Origin: a virus
DNA length: 64,000 nucleotides
Reading direction: 5' to 3' (one strand)
Virus record (IMG/VR): IMGVR_UViG_3300045994_000147
Location: 2,909-66,908 of that record
Positions within the stretch are counted from its first letter, which is position 1. Each line of letters starts with the position of its first letter. The notes below the pieces were generated by a model. That model was given only the letters and a program-made list of their open reading frames with translations. It did not search any database and was not told the DNA's origin. Of the stretch, positions 18,447 through 27,957 are shown one piece after another. The position numbers and the translations under genes were made by a program.

Positions 18447-18956
18447 ATGGCATTATTAGAAAATGTAATTGTAAACTGGGCAAGTGTACACACACCAAAC
18501 ACTCAGTTTGAACCAGCATGGGAAGTTCAAGCTACTTTCAACTCTGTAGCTCAAATGGAAGAGTTTGTAGAGGCATCAAAGAAAGTGGATCCTAAAGGTA
18601 AGGGTATTAAGGTCAAACAAGATGACCAAGGGAATAATATATTCAGATTTAAACGTCGAGTCGCTAGAGCCGATGGGAATGGTGAGAATAGTGCACCATT
18701 AGTATGTGGGATTGGTGGGCCAACAGATAAGTTTGATAAGTTAATTGGAAATGGGTCTACATGTACAATCCAATACGCTTTCTCTGCTTATGATAATAAG
18801 TTCGGTAGAGGGGTAACATCTGATCTCAAGGGAGTTATGGTTATTAATCACATCCCATTTGGTGTTCAAGATGGAGAAGAGTTTGAAGGCTTAGCTAAAC
18901 CTAAACCTGAGGCTAAAGTAGTAGATAATGAGTACAATGATGAAGACTTCAACTAA
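18447..18956 (+). CDS. ssDNA-binding protein (T7 gp2.5-like)
   Basis: WASVHTP, IGNGS and acidic C-terminal tail NEYNDEDFN. Confidence 0.8.
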   Translation: MALLENVIVNWASVHTPNTQFEPAWEVQATFNSVAQMEEFVEASKKVDPKGKGIKVKQDDQGNNIFRFKRRVARADGNGENSAPLVCGIGGPTDKFDKLIGNGSTCTIQYAFSAYDNKFGRGVTSDLKGVMVINHIPFGVQDGEEFEGLAKPKPEAKVVDNEYNDEDFN

Positions 18957-19010
18957 AATCATCTAATATAATAATAATAGAGCAGGGATGCTCGTCATAT
19001 AAGGAAAAAT

Positions 19011-19235
19011 ATGCCACAATCTATAAGAGAAACAGATAACTATAAACTAATCGTAGGTACTTCGGTTGAATCAGGTAACCCTTGCTATCAAGTAGTTCAT
19101 AAGAACTATGGGGTAGTGGAGATTGAAACCTACATCCTCCCTCAGGCTTACCAGTATATTAAAGATTTAGAGGGGGAGTTGTCCGGTAGAACTCAAGCCT
19201 CTATAGTACCTAAATCAACTCCTCGTTTAATGTAA
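19011..19235 (+). CDS. hypothetical protein
   Basis: AAGGA RBS. Confidence 0.6.
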   Translation: MPQSIRETDNYKLIVGTSVESGNPCYQVVHKNYGVVEIETYILPQAYQYIKDLEGELSGRTQASIVPKSTPRLM

Positions 19236-19243
19236 GGAATAAT

Positions 19244-19507
19244 ATGTCAGATAATAAATTAGTAGTAAACAAAGTAATTAAGTTACCACTGGGTTGGCAG
19301 GAGGATACCGAATCCCTCAATAACTATATTAAAGAGACTCTATCAGTATCCTCAGCTATCTCTAAGTTCTTATTAAACTCTAACTTAGAATTAGACTCTC
19401 TCACTCAAACAGTTGAGATTGTCCTCTCTGAGAAAGAAGTAGGAGCGAGGAATGAGTTAGACACTGAGTTCTGGGTGGATGTAGCCACTGGTGAGTATAA
19501 TGGCTAG
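19244..19507 (+). CDS. hypothetical protein
   Basis: AAGGA RBS. Confidence 0.6.
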   Translation: MSDNKLVVNKVIKLPLGWQEDTESLNNYIKETLSVSSAISKFLLNSNLELDSLTQTVEIVLSEKEVGARNELDTEFWVDVATGEYNG

Positions 19508-20357
19508 AATAGCCCTTATTGATGGGGATGAGGTAGCCTATAGGGTTGCCCTTTCCTATCAACAGAAGTACTATGAAGTCAGAAAAGATGGTAAGCTACT
19601 ATGGAAAATTAGGTACAAAGAGGATGCGGTAGAGTCAGTATTAAATAGAGATGATCTAGAAATTACTAGTGCAATTGAAGTACTAGACCCTAAGGGGTAT
19701 CAAGAAGATGTCTTACTAACTCTTTCCTCTATATTGTATAAAACTAACTCCACAGGGTTTAGATTGTATCTATCAGGTTCACATAACTTTAGGTATAAGT
19801 TAGCTACCCTCTTACCATACAAAGGTAACAGATCTGAAGAGAAACCAGCTCATTTAGAGTTAGTTCGAAACTACATGTTTGAGAGAGGCGCTGAGGCTAT
19901 AGATTTCTTAGAAGCTGATGACATGATGTCTGCTAATCATGAGATACTAGTAGACCAAGGGCATACACCCATCATTTGTTCTAGTGATAAGGATCTAAAG
20001 ACTGTACCATCATTAAATTATAACATCACTAAGAAAGTACTTCAGACAATAAGTGAGGAGCAAGCTTTAATGAACTTCTATTACCAGTTATTAATAGGTG
20101 ATGGAGTTGATAATATACCTTCCCCTTATGGCCTAGGGGAAACCAAAGCTCTCTCGTACCTTACTTATAAATATCCATTTGATAAGTTAAAGGCATTCTA
20201 CTCTGGTTTCTTAATGAGTAAAGATAAGAAGGGTGCATACAAAACTAAATGGTACGATGGTAGAGATGTAGATGAAGTTCTATGGGAAGTAGGTAACCTA
20301 CTACATATGCGTAGAACACTTGATCCTGACGAACGATGGGAGTTGCCTAGTGGCTAG
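19500..20357 (+). CDS. 5'-3' exonuclease (T7 gp6/FEN-like)
   Basis: LIDGD, NFRY...YKGNR, EADD, SSDKDL and GDGVDNIP...GLGE motifs. Confidence 0.9.
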   Translation: MARIALIDGDEVAYRVALSYQQKYYEVRKDGKLLWKIRYKEDAVESVLNRDDLEITSAIEVLDPKGYQEDVLLTLSSILYKTNSTGFRLYLSGSHNFRYKLATLLPYKGNRSEEKPAHLELVRNYMFERGAEAIDFLEADDMMSANHEILVDQGHTPIICSSDKDLKTVPSLNYNITKKVLQTISEEQALMNFYYQLLIGDGVDNIPSPYGLGETKALSYLTYKYPFDKLKAFYSGFLMSKDKKGAYKTKWYDGRDVDEVLWEVGNLLHMRRTLDPDERWELPSG

Positions 20358-20778
20358 ACGAAAAAGCACCAACCCTTTAAAACATACCAATTGGTCTAAT
20401 TGGAAAGCTACTCAAGTACGTAGCTCTTGGAGAGAAAGGGCTAAGAAGTTCGGATTAAACTTAAATGATGTGCCTACCAGAGCTGAGATACAAGACTGGC
20501 TAGAGGCTCAATCACCTATTAAATGTTATATAGAAGGTACTTTCATCTCTACTGAGGTAATGGAATTAGATCATAAGACTCCATTGAGTAGGGGCGGTAA
20601 GTTACATCTAGAGAATGTTGGATGCACATCTAGGTATTATAACAATATTAAGGGTACAATGACTGAAAAGGAGTTTAGACAACTATTGAGGTTAGTTAAA
20701 AAATGGGATGACAAAGGTGAATCTATATTCAAAAGACTTATGGCATCTAATCATATGTTTAGCAGGAGAAGAAGATGA
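20320..20778 (+). CDS. HNH endonuclease-like protein
   Basis: LDHKTPLSRGG...ENV...YNNIKG; true start possibly GTG near 20350. Confidence 0.7.
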   Translation: MILTNDGSCLVARRKSTNPLKHTNWSNWKATQVRSSWRERAKKFGLNLNDVPTRAEIQDWLEAQSPIKCYIEGTFISTEVMELDHKTPLSRGGKLHLENVGCTSRYYNNIKGTMTEKEFRQLLRLVKKWDDKGESIFKRLMASNHMFSRRRR

Positions 20779-20857
20779 TTGAAATACTAGTGGCAATACC
20801 ATATCTAATAGCTATTTGGGTTACTTTACAGGGTATATTCTATGATAGGCATGTTAA

Positions 20858-21109
20858 ATGAGTGAAGATAATATCTTTCAGTTAGTTACTAATAAGAAGG
20901 ATGAAGAAAAACCTGGGTACATTAAGGTGACCTATGCCTCCGGGGAGATTGAGATGATACAGGCAGACTCCTTTGGGGTTACACAAGAGATGCCAGAGTA
21001 CATTACGCTCTTCTCAGATAACCCAGATAAATTGGTAGGCTTTGTTAATAATAGGTACATAAAGAAACTGGAGATTATAGAAGACTATGATAACAGCGAA
21101 AGTAATTAA
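20858..21109 (+). CDS. hypothetical protein
   Basis: ORF in operon. Confidence 0.55.
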   Translation: MSEDNIFQLVTNKKDEEKPGYIKVTYASGEIEMIQADSFGVTQEMPEYITLFSDNPDKLVGFVNNRYIKKLEIIEDYDNSESN

Positions 21110-21869
21110 AGACTCTATTTCCAACCATAAAAAAAGGCTGACTACTTTAGAGTTAGAGTACCCTAGATACATTCACTCTGAGTTTATGACTCACCGTGTT
21201 TTCTCTAGGAACGCTCAGAGCTCTAGGGCTATACCTGTGGAAGTATCCATACAAAGAGTTATGGATAACCCTGTAATACCAATATTTATGCAGAATCAAA
21301 AGGGCATGCAAGCTGATGATCAACTCGACTATGAGAACTTAAAAGAAGCGCATAAAGAGTGGCTACAAGCTGCGAGTATGGCTGTAGACTCTGCAATTGA
21401 ACTTAAAATGCTAGGTGTTCATAAACAAGTAGTCAATAGACTATTAGAACCATTTTCAACTATTAAGGTCATTGTTACAGCAACTGAGTGGGATAACTTC
21501 TTCTCCCTCAGAATACATCCAGCAGCTCAACAAGAGATGCAGCTGTTAGCCATAGCAATCAAAGAAGCCAGAGATCAATCTACTCCAATTAAAATGGATG
21601 CAGGTGAATGGCACTTACCTTATATTTATAAGTACGAAGAAGTATTAGATCTGTCTGTTAGAAAGAAAGTTAGTGTTGCTCGTTGTGCTAGAGTCTCCTA
21701 TCTAAATCATGATAAACAATTAGATATTGATAAAGATATTAAATTCCATGATGATCTACTATCAGATAGACATGCATCCCCATTCGAGCATGTAGCAACC
21801 CCAGTACCATTCAACACAACTGCTAACTTTGTTGGATGGTCTCAATATAGGACATCGGTAGGATTATGA
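21087..21869 (+). CDS. thyX: FAD-dependent thymidylate synthase
   Basis: EFMTHRVFSRNAQSSRAIP, HKQVVNRLLEPF, ARCARVSY and HASPFEH motifs. Confidence 0.9.
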   Translation: MITAKVIKDSISNHKKRLTTLELEYPRYIHSEFMTHRVFSRNAQSSRAIPVEVSIQRVMDNPVIPIFMQNQKGMQADDQLDYENLKEAHKEWLQAASMAVDSAIELKMLGVHKQVVNRLLEPFSTIKVIVTATEWDNFFSLRIHPAAQQEMQLLAIAIKEARDQSTPIKMDAGEWHLPYIYKYEEVLDLSVRKKVSVARCARVSYLNHDKQLDIDKDIKFHDDLLSDRHASPFEHVATPVPFNTTANFVGWSQYRTSVGL

Positions 21870-21881
21870 TCTACTTCGGAG

Positions 21882-22079
21882 GTGAATAACATTATGAAAT
21901 TTATTAAACAAACAGTATTTATAATTGGTGTGGTTCTATTATGCGCTTTATTTTTAATACCAGCAGCGGTTACGTGTCTTATTGATTTTCTAGCCGATGG
22001 GTATACTCTATCAGAATCTAAATCTGACTTAGAAGACCTATTAAAATATACAAAGGAAACTTTCAATGAAATTAGATAA
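21882..22079 (+). CDS. small membrane protein
   Basis: Hydrophobic N-terminal segment. Confidence 0.5.
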   Translation: MNNIMKFIKQTVFIIGVVLLCALFLIPAAVTCLIDFLADGYTLSESKSDLEDLLKYTKETFNEIR

Positions 22080-22284
22080 TTGGTTTATAGTTAACAATAG
22101 AGCCTATGGTAATGTGTCAGGTAGCCATAGATTTGAGGAGGGTGAGTTTATAGCTACATCACCTATTGTTAAAAGGGAAGATAGGAGTAAGACTAGTAAT
22201 ATGATTATTACTACTAAATCAGGTAGTGTGTATGAATTAGGCCCAACATATGTTAACTATGAATCAGGAGAAGAAATTGAGTGA
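22066..22284 (+). CDS. hypothetical protein
   Basis: AAGGA RBS; G.V.G..RF.EG..I.TS...T.SGSVYELG pattern. Confidence 0.6.
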   Translation: MKLDNWFIVNNRAYGNVSGSHRFEEGEFIATSPIVKREDRSKTSNMIITTKSGSVYELGPTYVNYESGEEIE

Positions 22285-22654
22285 GGCAACTAAAGCGAAC
22301 ATAGAAGCACAATACGGATCCTTAGTCTCCACTCTAATTAAAGATGGGAAAGATATAGCCGATAATATAACTCCCTTAGAGGCAGACCTAATCCATAGTG
22401 TTTTAGGGATTGCTGGGGAAGCTGGGGAGCTATTAGATGCTATTAAGAAACATACTATCTACAAGAAAGAGTTAGACTTCGCTAATATTGTAGAGGAACT
22501 AGGGGATCTAGAGTTTTATATGGAGAATTTGAGAAAGGCTCTTAATATCTCTAGAGAGCTAGTGCTATTGACTAATATAGCCAAACTTACTAAGAGATAC
22601 CCTAAAGGTGCTTACTCCAACGAGGATGCTATCTTCAGAGCTGATAAGGCTTAA
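22250..22654 (+). CDS. MazG-like nucleotide pyrophosphohydrolase
   Basis: GIAGEAGELLDAIKK, EELGDLEFY and NIAKLTKRYP motifs. Confidence 0.88.
   Translation: MLTMNQEKKLSEATKANIEAQYGSLVSTLIKDGKDIADNITPLEADLIHSVLGIAGEAGELLDAIKKHTIYKKELDFANIVEELGDLEFYMENLRKALNISRELVLLTNIAKLTKRYPKGAYSNEDAIFRADKA
22339..22365 (+). promoter_or_regulatory. sigma-28 (FliA-type) promoter upstream of the phage sigma gene
   Basis: TAAAGATG-N11-GCCGATAA (equivalent to TAAA-N15-GCCGATAA). Confidence 0.75.
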
Positions 22655-22655
22655 T

Positions 22656-23327
22656 ATGACTAAAAGTGCTAATGAGCTGGTAAAAGAATACTCATCATTA
22701 GTTAAGCGTATTGCATATCATGTATCAACTAAACTCCCTGATTCAGTCTTGGTAGAGGATTTAATTCAATCTGGTATGATTGGGTTACTCGAAGCTCATA
22801 AGAGCTATAAGGACGATCAGGGAGCTTCATTTGATACCTTTGCTTCTATAAGGATTAGAGGGGCTATGATGGATGAGATACGGAGATGTGATTGGGTTCC
22901 TAGATCTGTATATAAGAAGTCAAGGGATGTTGCTAACGCTATCTATAAGATAGAGGCTGATACTCTCTCTGAAGCTAGACCGGCGGATATAATGCAATAT
23001 TTAGGGATTAGTTCTGAGGAGTATAATAAGATCCTTCATGACTCCTCTAAGACTAAGATAGTGTCTATAGATTCATTGTCTGATGATATGAGTGCAGATA
23101 TGAGTGATCCACCTTCCTCTCTTAACTTGAAAGAGTTTGAGAAGGAGCTATCTGAAGCTATAGAGACTTTGAGTGATAGAGAGAGATATGTTCTTCATCT
23201 GTACTATGATGAAGACTACAACCTTAGTAAGATAGGTGATATACTAAACATATCTGAATCAAGGGTATCTCAAATAAACTCTGAGATCGTCATTAAATTA
23301 CGTAAGAAACTAATAGGAAAAATATGA
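22656..23327 (+). CDS. fliA: FliA/WhiG-family (sigma-28) RNA polymerase sigma factor
   Basis: LVKRIAYH...LPDSVLVEDLIQSGMIGLLEA...GASFDTFASIRIRGAMMDEIRRCDWVPRSV; region 4 LSDRERYVLHLYY...IGDILNISESRVSQI; start re-called to ATG22656. Confidence 0.93.
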   Translation: MTKSANELVKEYSSLVKRIAYHVSTKLPDSVLVEDLIQSGMIGLLEAHKSYKDDQGASFDTFASIRIRGAMMDEIRRCDWVPRSVYKKSRDVANAIYKIEADTLSEARPADIMQYLGISSEEYNKILHDSSKTKIVSIDSLSDDMSADMSDPPSSLNLKEFEKELSEAIETLSDRERYVLHLYYDEDYNLSKIGDILNISESRVSQINSEIVIKLRKKLIGKI

Positions 23328-23629
23328 AAGCAGTAGATTTTCTGAAGAGATCACTAGATTTACTAGAACAAAGAGGGACGGAGTACTCCCAGGATGATTC
23401 AAAAGAAGAAAGAAGTTTCGCTTCAGTGGCTGCAATATTCAACGCTAAGACAGGTAAGAATATAACCCCTGCTGAAGTCTGCTTGCTTCTACAGGATCTA
23501 AAAGATGTTAGGCAATGGAGCCAAGATAGGTTACATCAAGACAGCGTAGAGGATTGTGTATCATACTCAGCACTTAAAGCTGAAGAGTTAATTAAACAAT
23601 ATAAAAGGAAAGAAGATGAAAAGAGATAA
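23324..23629 (+). CDS. DUF6378-like phage protein
   Basis: RGTEY...ERSF..VA..FN..TG...LK..R...H.DS.ED...Y.AL pattern. Confidence 0.65.
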   Translation: MKAVDFLKRSLDLLEQRGTEYSQDDSKEERSFASVAAIFNAKTGKNITPAEVCLLLQDLKDVRQWSQDRLHQDSVEDCVSYSALKAEELIKQYKRKEDEKR

Positions 23630-23674
23630 CTTAAGTTTGCTAAGGGAATTAGTAGGCAAGGATAATGATAGGTA

Positions 23675-24034
23675 GTGATTGCTTCAGCCGTTTTGTGCAT
23701 AGCTTTAAATATGTACATGGAGGCTAGAAGTGAACCAGTGGATGCTATGGTGGCAGTAGCTGCTATTACACTAAATAGGAGTAAAGATCAGGAGTATCCT
23801 AATTCTGTTTGTGAGGTAGTTTATATGCCATCAGCATTTACATGGACTAAACATAGAGTTAAAATAAAAGAGAAGGTAATGCTAGAAAGAACTAAACAGC
23901 TAGCGACTCTATATACTAAAGGTAGATTAAAGAATCCAATAGGTTCTAGAAAATTCTTTAATCACAAAAGGTTGGGTAAAAGGTTTAAGACGCCTTATAA
24001 GCCTATTGTTATTGGACAACTAATGTTTTATTAA
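23675..24034 (+). CDS. SleB-like cell wall hydrolase (Hydrolase_2)
   Basis: CIALNMYMEARSE, AVA..TLNR, YPNSVCEVVY, FTW and IGQLMFY motifs. Confidence 0.85.
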   Translation: MIASAVLCIALNMYMEARSEPVDAMVAVAAITLNRSKDQEYPNSVCEVVYMPSAFTWTKHRVKIKEKVMLERTKQLATLYTKGRLKNPIGSRKFFNHKRLGKRFKTPYKPIVIGQLMFY

Positions 24035-24035
24035 T

Positions 24036-24245
24036 ATGAAAATAGTTAAATTTAAAGATGGTAAATATGGTATTAGGCAGTGGAATTGGTTCTTTTTTAG
24101 GTACGAATTTAAAGATTTAGACCCAGATTGCCCTAGGTGGTTTGGGTTTTATTCTATTCGTTTTAAATATTGTAAGGGTACTCTACCAGCTGTTAAGAAA
24201 GCCTTAGCTAATTTAGATGATGTAGGCGAACCATTCTATGATTAA
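24036..24245 (+). CDS. hypothetical protein
   Basis: MKIVKFKDGKYGIR start, in operon. Confidence 0.55.
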   Translation: MKIVKFKDGKYGIRQWNWFFFRYEFKDLDPDCPRWFGFYSIRFKYCKGTLPAVKKALANLDDVGEPFYD

Positions 24246-25230
24246 ACTCTTAACCCCTAAGTCCACATATACAATAGATTACCCAACAGCTATTGAGTAT
24301 GCCAAGCAGCAAGCAGAGATCTTCTGGTTACCTGATGAGATTGAAGTAGAGAAGGATCTACATGATCTAAAGACTAACTTTACAGATGCTGAGTATCATG
24401 GGGTAGTTTCCACTCTCAAACTTTTTACTATATACGAATTATCAGTTGGTAGAGAGTATTGGTCTGGATATATCTCAGAGATCTTTCAGAGACCTGATAT
24501 ACAGAGAATGGCTAATTGCTTCTCATTCTTTGAGATCAATGTTCATGCACCATTCTACAATAAGTTAAATGAAGTTTTAGGTTTAGACACCGATGAGTTC
24601 TACAACTCCTATCTAGATGACCCTACCCTAAAGAATAGAATGGAGTGGATAGGTAAGAGAGTAGAGAAGAGAGCTACTCATTTTGATAAGTTAAAATCAA
24701 TAGCCTCCTTCTCTATGATCGAGGGAGCAGTCCTTTACTCCTCGTTTGCCTTCCTAAAGCACTTCCAATCCGAAGGTAAGAACAAACTAATGAATGTTAC
24801 AGCTGGTATTAACTTCTCTGTTAAAGATGAGAACATACATAGTGAAGCTGGAGCATGGTTGTTTAGGACGTATCTAAGGGAACTGATTGAAGATCTGGGA
24901 GTTAGTGATAGACAACTAAAGGAGATACAAGAAGACCTAATAGATGTTGCTAAAACAATAGAAGAACATGAAGCTATTATCATAGACAAGATCTTTGAGA
25001 ATGGTGATATTAAAGGTATTACCTCCATCCAGTTAAAAGAGTTTGTTAAAGAACGTCTTAACTTGTGCTTAGGGAACTTAGGCATTATTTCTTATAGATT
25101 TGAAGTAGAAGATGACTATGTGTCCTCATGGTTCTATAAGAACATCAACTCCTCTAAACTACATGACTTCTTTGCTAAACAGGGCTCAGAGTATAATAGA
25201 GCTTGGTCTGAATCTAAATTCACATGGTAA
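24238..25230 (+). CDS. nrdB: ribonucleotide reductase class I beta subunit
   Basis: FWLPDEI, EINVHAPFY, EGAVLYSSF, DENIH and DFF motifs. Confidence 0.92.
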   Translation: MIKLLTPKSTYTIDYPTAIEYAKQQAEIFWLPDEIEVEKDLHDLKTNFTDAEYHGVVSTLKLFTIYELSVGREYWSGYISEIFQRPDIQRMANCFSFFEINVHAPFYNKLNEVLGLDTDEFYNSYLDDPTLKNRMEWIGKRVEKRATHFDKLKSIASFSMIEGAVLYSSFAFLKHFQSEGKNKLMNVTAGINFSVKDENIHSEAGAWLFRTYLRELIEDLGVSDRQLKEIQEDLIDVAKTIEEHEAIIIDKIFENGDIKGITSIQLKEFVKERLNLCLGNLGIISYRFEVEDDYVSSWFYKNINSSKLHDFFAKQGSEYNRAWSESKFTW

Positions 25231-25234
25231 AATA

Positions 25235-25390
25235 ATGGAAGAAATAAGTATAATATCTTTGATTAAAGAGGCCTTTGAAGATGGGTATGGCGCTAGGGCT
25301 ACATATAACGATACTGAGATGTCAGATAGAGAAGAAGAGTGGAGTAATGTAGAAAGCTATTATAAACATAAGATACTGGAGTTAGATTGA
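25235..25390 (+). CDS. hypothetical protein
   Basis: MEEISII... part of the track ORF, filling the nrdB-nrdA gap. Confidence 0.4.
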   Translation: MEEISIISLIKEAFEDGYGARATYNDTEMSDREEEWSNVESYYKHKILELD

Positions 25391-27078
25391 GCATATATGC
25401 AGATTTAAGTAATGAAAGAAAGGGCTTGCAGGAGTCAGGGGAATTACCTAATTGGGTAACAACTAACTCCTATCAGATGTTAAAAGAAAAGTATTTAGAG
25501 CCAGGAGAAACTCTTAAGAATAGATTTAGAGCAATAGCTGTAACAGCATCAAGATACATGAAGACCCACTCCTACTGGGAGTCTATATTCTTTGATCTAT
25601 TATGGAATGGATGGTTAGCACCTTCAACCCCAGTACTAGCTAATATGGGCAGAGATAAAGGCTGCCCTGTCAGCTGTTCCGGGGGGTACATAGGAGATAG
25701 TGTATACGACTTCTATACAGGTCAGCTAGAGGTGGCAATGCTCTCTAAGAATGGATTTGGTACCTCAGGGTACTTAGGAGACATTAGACCCAGAGGAGCG
25801 CCTATTAACGGCATTAAAGGGGGAGCTAGCGGTATTGTACCTGTCTTCAAAGATTATGTACAGGTTGCTAGAGATATTAGTCAAGGAAGTAGTAGGAGAG
25901 GGGCTTGGGCTGGTTATGTCCCTATAGATCACGATGACTTCCAAGAGTTAATTAATCACATCTCTAAATTCCCAGATGATGCTAACATAGGTTGGATCGT
26001 TAGTAAGAAATTCATTGACCGATTAGACTCAGGGGATAAGGAAGCTTTAGATAGATATCAGAAGGCTTTAAAGCTTAAAATGATAACTGGTAAAGGTTAC
26101 TTCTTTTTTGTCGATAAGGTTAATGATCTGAATCCGCAGTGGTACAAGGACAAAGGGTTAAAAGTACTTGCATCTCAACTGTGCACTGAAATAGCTCTTT
26201 ACTCAAACGAATGGGAGACATATACTTGTGTCCTATCCTCTATGAACTTATCTAAGTTAGATGAATGGGAAGATACTGATGCTATTTTTAATTCCACCGT
26301 GTTCTTGCAGTGTGTTGCGCTCAACTTTATTTCAATTGGAGCAGAAATTAAAGGTCTTGAAAAAGCAGTTATGTTTACTGAAAATAATATGGCTCTCGGT
26401 CTCGGTACTCTTGGCTTCCACACTTATCTGCAAGATCACTCTATACCTTTTGAATCTATAGATGCTAACTACGCTAACTCACGCATATTTAAACTCATGG
26501 ATGACGAGAGTCTAAGAGCCTCTAAGTGGTTAGCGGAGGAATTTGGAGAGTGTAAAGTAACTAAGGGATATGGAGTAGCTAATACCCATAGACTGGCAGT
26601 AGCCCCTAACCTCTCCTCAGCTTTGATTTGTGGTGGAGTGTCTCAGGGTATAGAGCCAGTATATAAGAACGCTTATATCCAAGGCACATCGTCTGGAGAG
26701 ATGAATAGAGTGAACCCTTCCCTCCTTAAGATAATGAAAGAAAGGGGGATGGATACCCCAGAGGTTATTTCAGATATTATAAATAACAATGGATCCATTC
26801 AGCATGTAAACTGGTTAAGTGACCATGAGAAATTAGTATTTAAAACAGCATTTGAGATTGATCAGAAAGTAATCATACGCCTAGCATCTACTAGACAACG
26901 TTATATAGATCAAGCTCAATCCATTAATTTATTCTTCTCCGCAGATGAAGATGAATCCTATATTTCAGAGGTTCATCAGTTAGCATTTAAAGACCCATAT
27001 ATTAAGTCACTATATTATATTCGTAGTGAATCTGGTGTCATGGCATCTAAAGGGGAATGTACTTCGTGTGAAGGTTAA
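25387..27078 (+). CDS. nrdA: ribonucleotide reductase class I alpha subunit (no ATP cone)
   Basis: STPVLAN, PVSC, SQGSSRRGA, SQLCTEI, CVLSSMNL, APNLSS, DQAQSINL, SLYY and C-terminal CTSCEG. Confidence 0.93.
   Translation: MSIYADLSNERKGLQESGELPNWVTTNSYQMLKEKYLEPGETLKNRFRAIAVTASRYMKTHSYWESIFFDLLWNGWLAPSTPVLANMGRDKGCPVSCSGGYIGDSVYDFYTGQLEVAMLSKNGFGTSGYLGDIRPRGAPINGIKGGASGIVPVFKDYVQVARDISQGSSRRGAWAGYVPIDHDDFQELINHISKFPDDANIGWIVSKKFIDRLDSGDKEALDRYQKALKLKMITGKGYFFFVDKVNDLNPQWYKDKGLKVLASQLCTEIALYSNEWETYTCVLSSMNLSKLDEWEDTDAIFNSTVFLQCVALNFISIGAEIKGLEKAVMFTENNMALGLGTLGFHTYLQDHSIPFESIDANYANSRIFKLMDDESLRASKWLAEEFGECKVTKGYGVANTHRLAVAPNLSSALICGGVSQGIEPVYKNAYIQGTSSGEMNRVNPSLLKIMKERGMDTPEVISDIINNNGSIQHVNWLSDHEKLVFKTAFEIDQKVIIRLASTRQRYIDQAQSINLFFSADEDESYISEVHQLAFKDPYIKSLYYIRSESGVMASKGECTSCEG
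26091..26117 (+). promoter_or_regulatory. sigma-28-type promoter inside nrdA
   Basis: TAAAGGTT-N11-GTCGATAA. Confidence 0.6.
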
Positions 27079-27223
27079 TTATGAGAAGCATATTAATAGC
27101 AGTAATAGTTGTAATGGCGTATTTTTTAATTCAAGTAGAGATTGATGGTGCTCATCCATGTTCTGCTTTTTCTAGTAATCAACAGGATTGTAACTCTGAC
27201 AACCATAGATAAGGACTAATAAC

Positions 27224-27955
27224 TTGGCTAAGTATAGGAATAAAGAGAGAAAGGAACCAAGAAGATCTAGAACAAACAATAGTAGGGTAAATATCGTAGT
27301 AGAGCCTCAATATGTAGTTGAGGATACTCCTAAGAAGGTAGCTCCATTACGTGCCTTAAATGAGACTCAGTACAATTATATTAATCATATAAGAACTAAG
27401 ATAATTACCTTTGCCATTGGCTCCGCAGGATCTGGTAAAACCTATATAGCAGCGGCGATTGCAGCAGAACTCTTACAAAATAAAGATATATCTAAAATAG
27501 TTATTGTCCGCCCTAAGGTAACTGCAGGAGAAGACTTCGGCCATCTCCCAGGAGAGTTAGAGGATAAGTTCTTCCCTTATATTGAACCTTTTGTAGATGT
27601 GTTAAAGGAGAGGTTAGGTAGTTCTTTTGTAGATTACTTAGTAAAGAGTAAGAGAATAGTATTTAAACCACTGGCTTACATGAGAGGCACTACTCTAAAA
27701 GATTGTATGGTTGTGTTAGATGAAGCTCAGAATACAACCCCTGAGCAGATGAGGCTTTTCCTTACTCGTCTAGGACACAATTGTACAGCAATCATAGATG
27801 GGGATCTTAAACAAAAAGATATCAGAGGACTCTCTGGATTGGAGGACTCTATTAGAAGAATAGAGCATCTTCCAGATGTAGGTCTAGTAGAGTTCGATGA
27901 TGATGAATGTGTAAGGTCAGGTATAGCTAGAGATATATTATTTGCATATAGATAA
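27224..27955 (+). CDS. phoH: PhoH-family ATPase
   Basis: GSAGSGKT, RPKV, GHLPG, AYMRGTT, LDEAQN, GDLKQKD and VRSG motifs. Confidence 0.92.
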   Translation: MAKYRNKERKEPRRSRTNNSRVNIVVEPQYVVEDTPKKVAPLRALNETQYNYINHIRTKIITFAIGSAGSGKTYIAAAIAAELLQNKDISKIVIVRPKVTAGEDFGHLPGELEDKFFPYIEPFVDVLKERLGSSFVDYLVKSKRIVFKPLAYMRGTTLKDCMVVLDEAQNTTPEQMRLFLTRLGHNCTAIIDGDLKQKDIRGLSGLEDSIRRIEHLPDVGLVEFDDDECVRSGIARDILFAYR

Positions 27956-27957
27956 CC

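Noticed and set aside
18650-18676. TAAACGTC-N11-GCCGATGG as a sigma-28 promoter in ssb
   Set aside because: Mismatches in both boxes; could be chance
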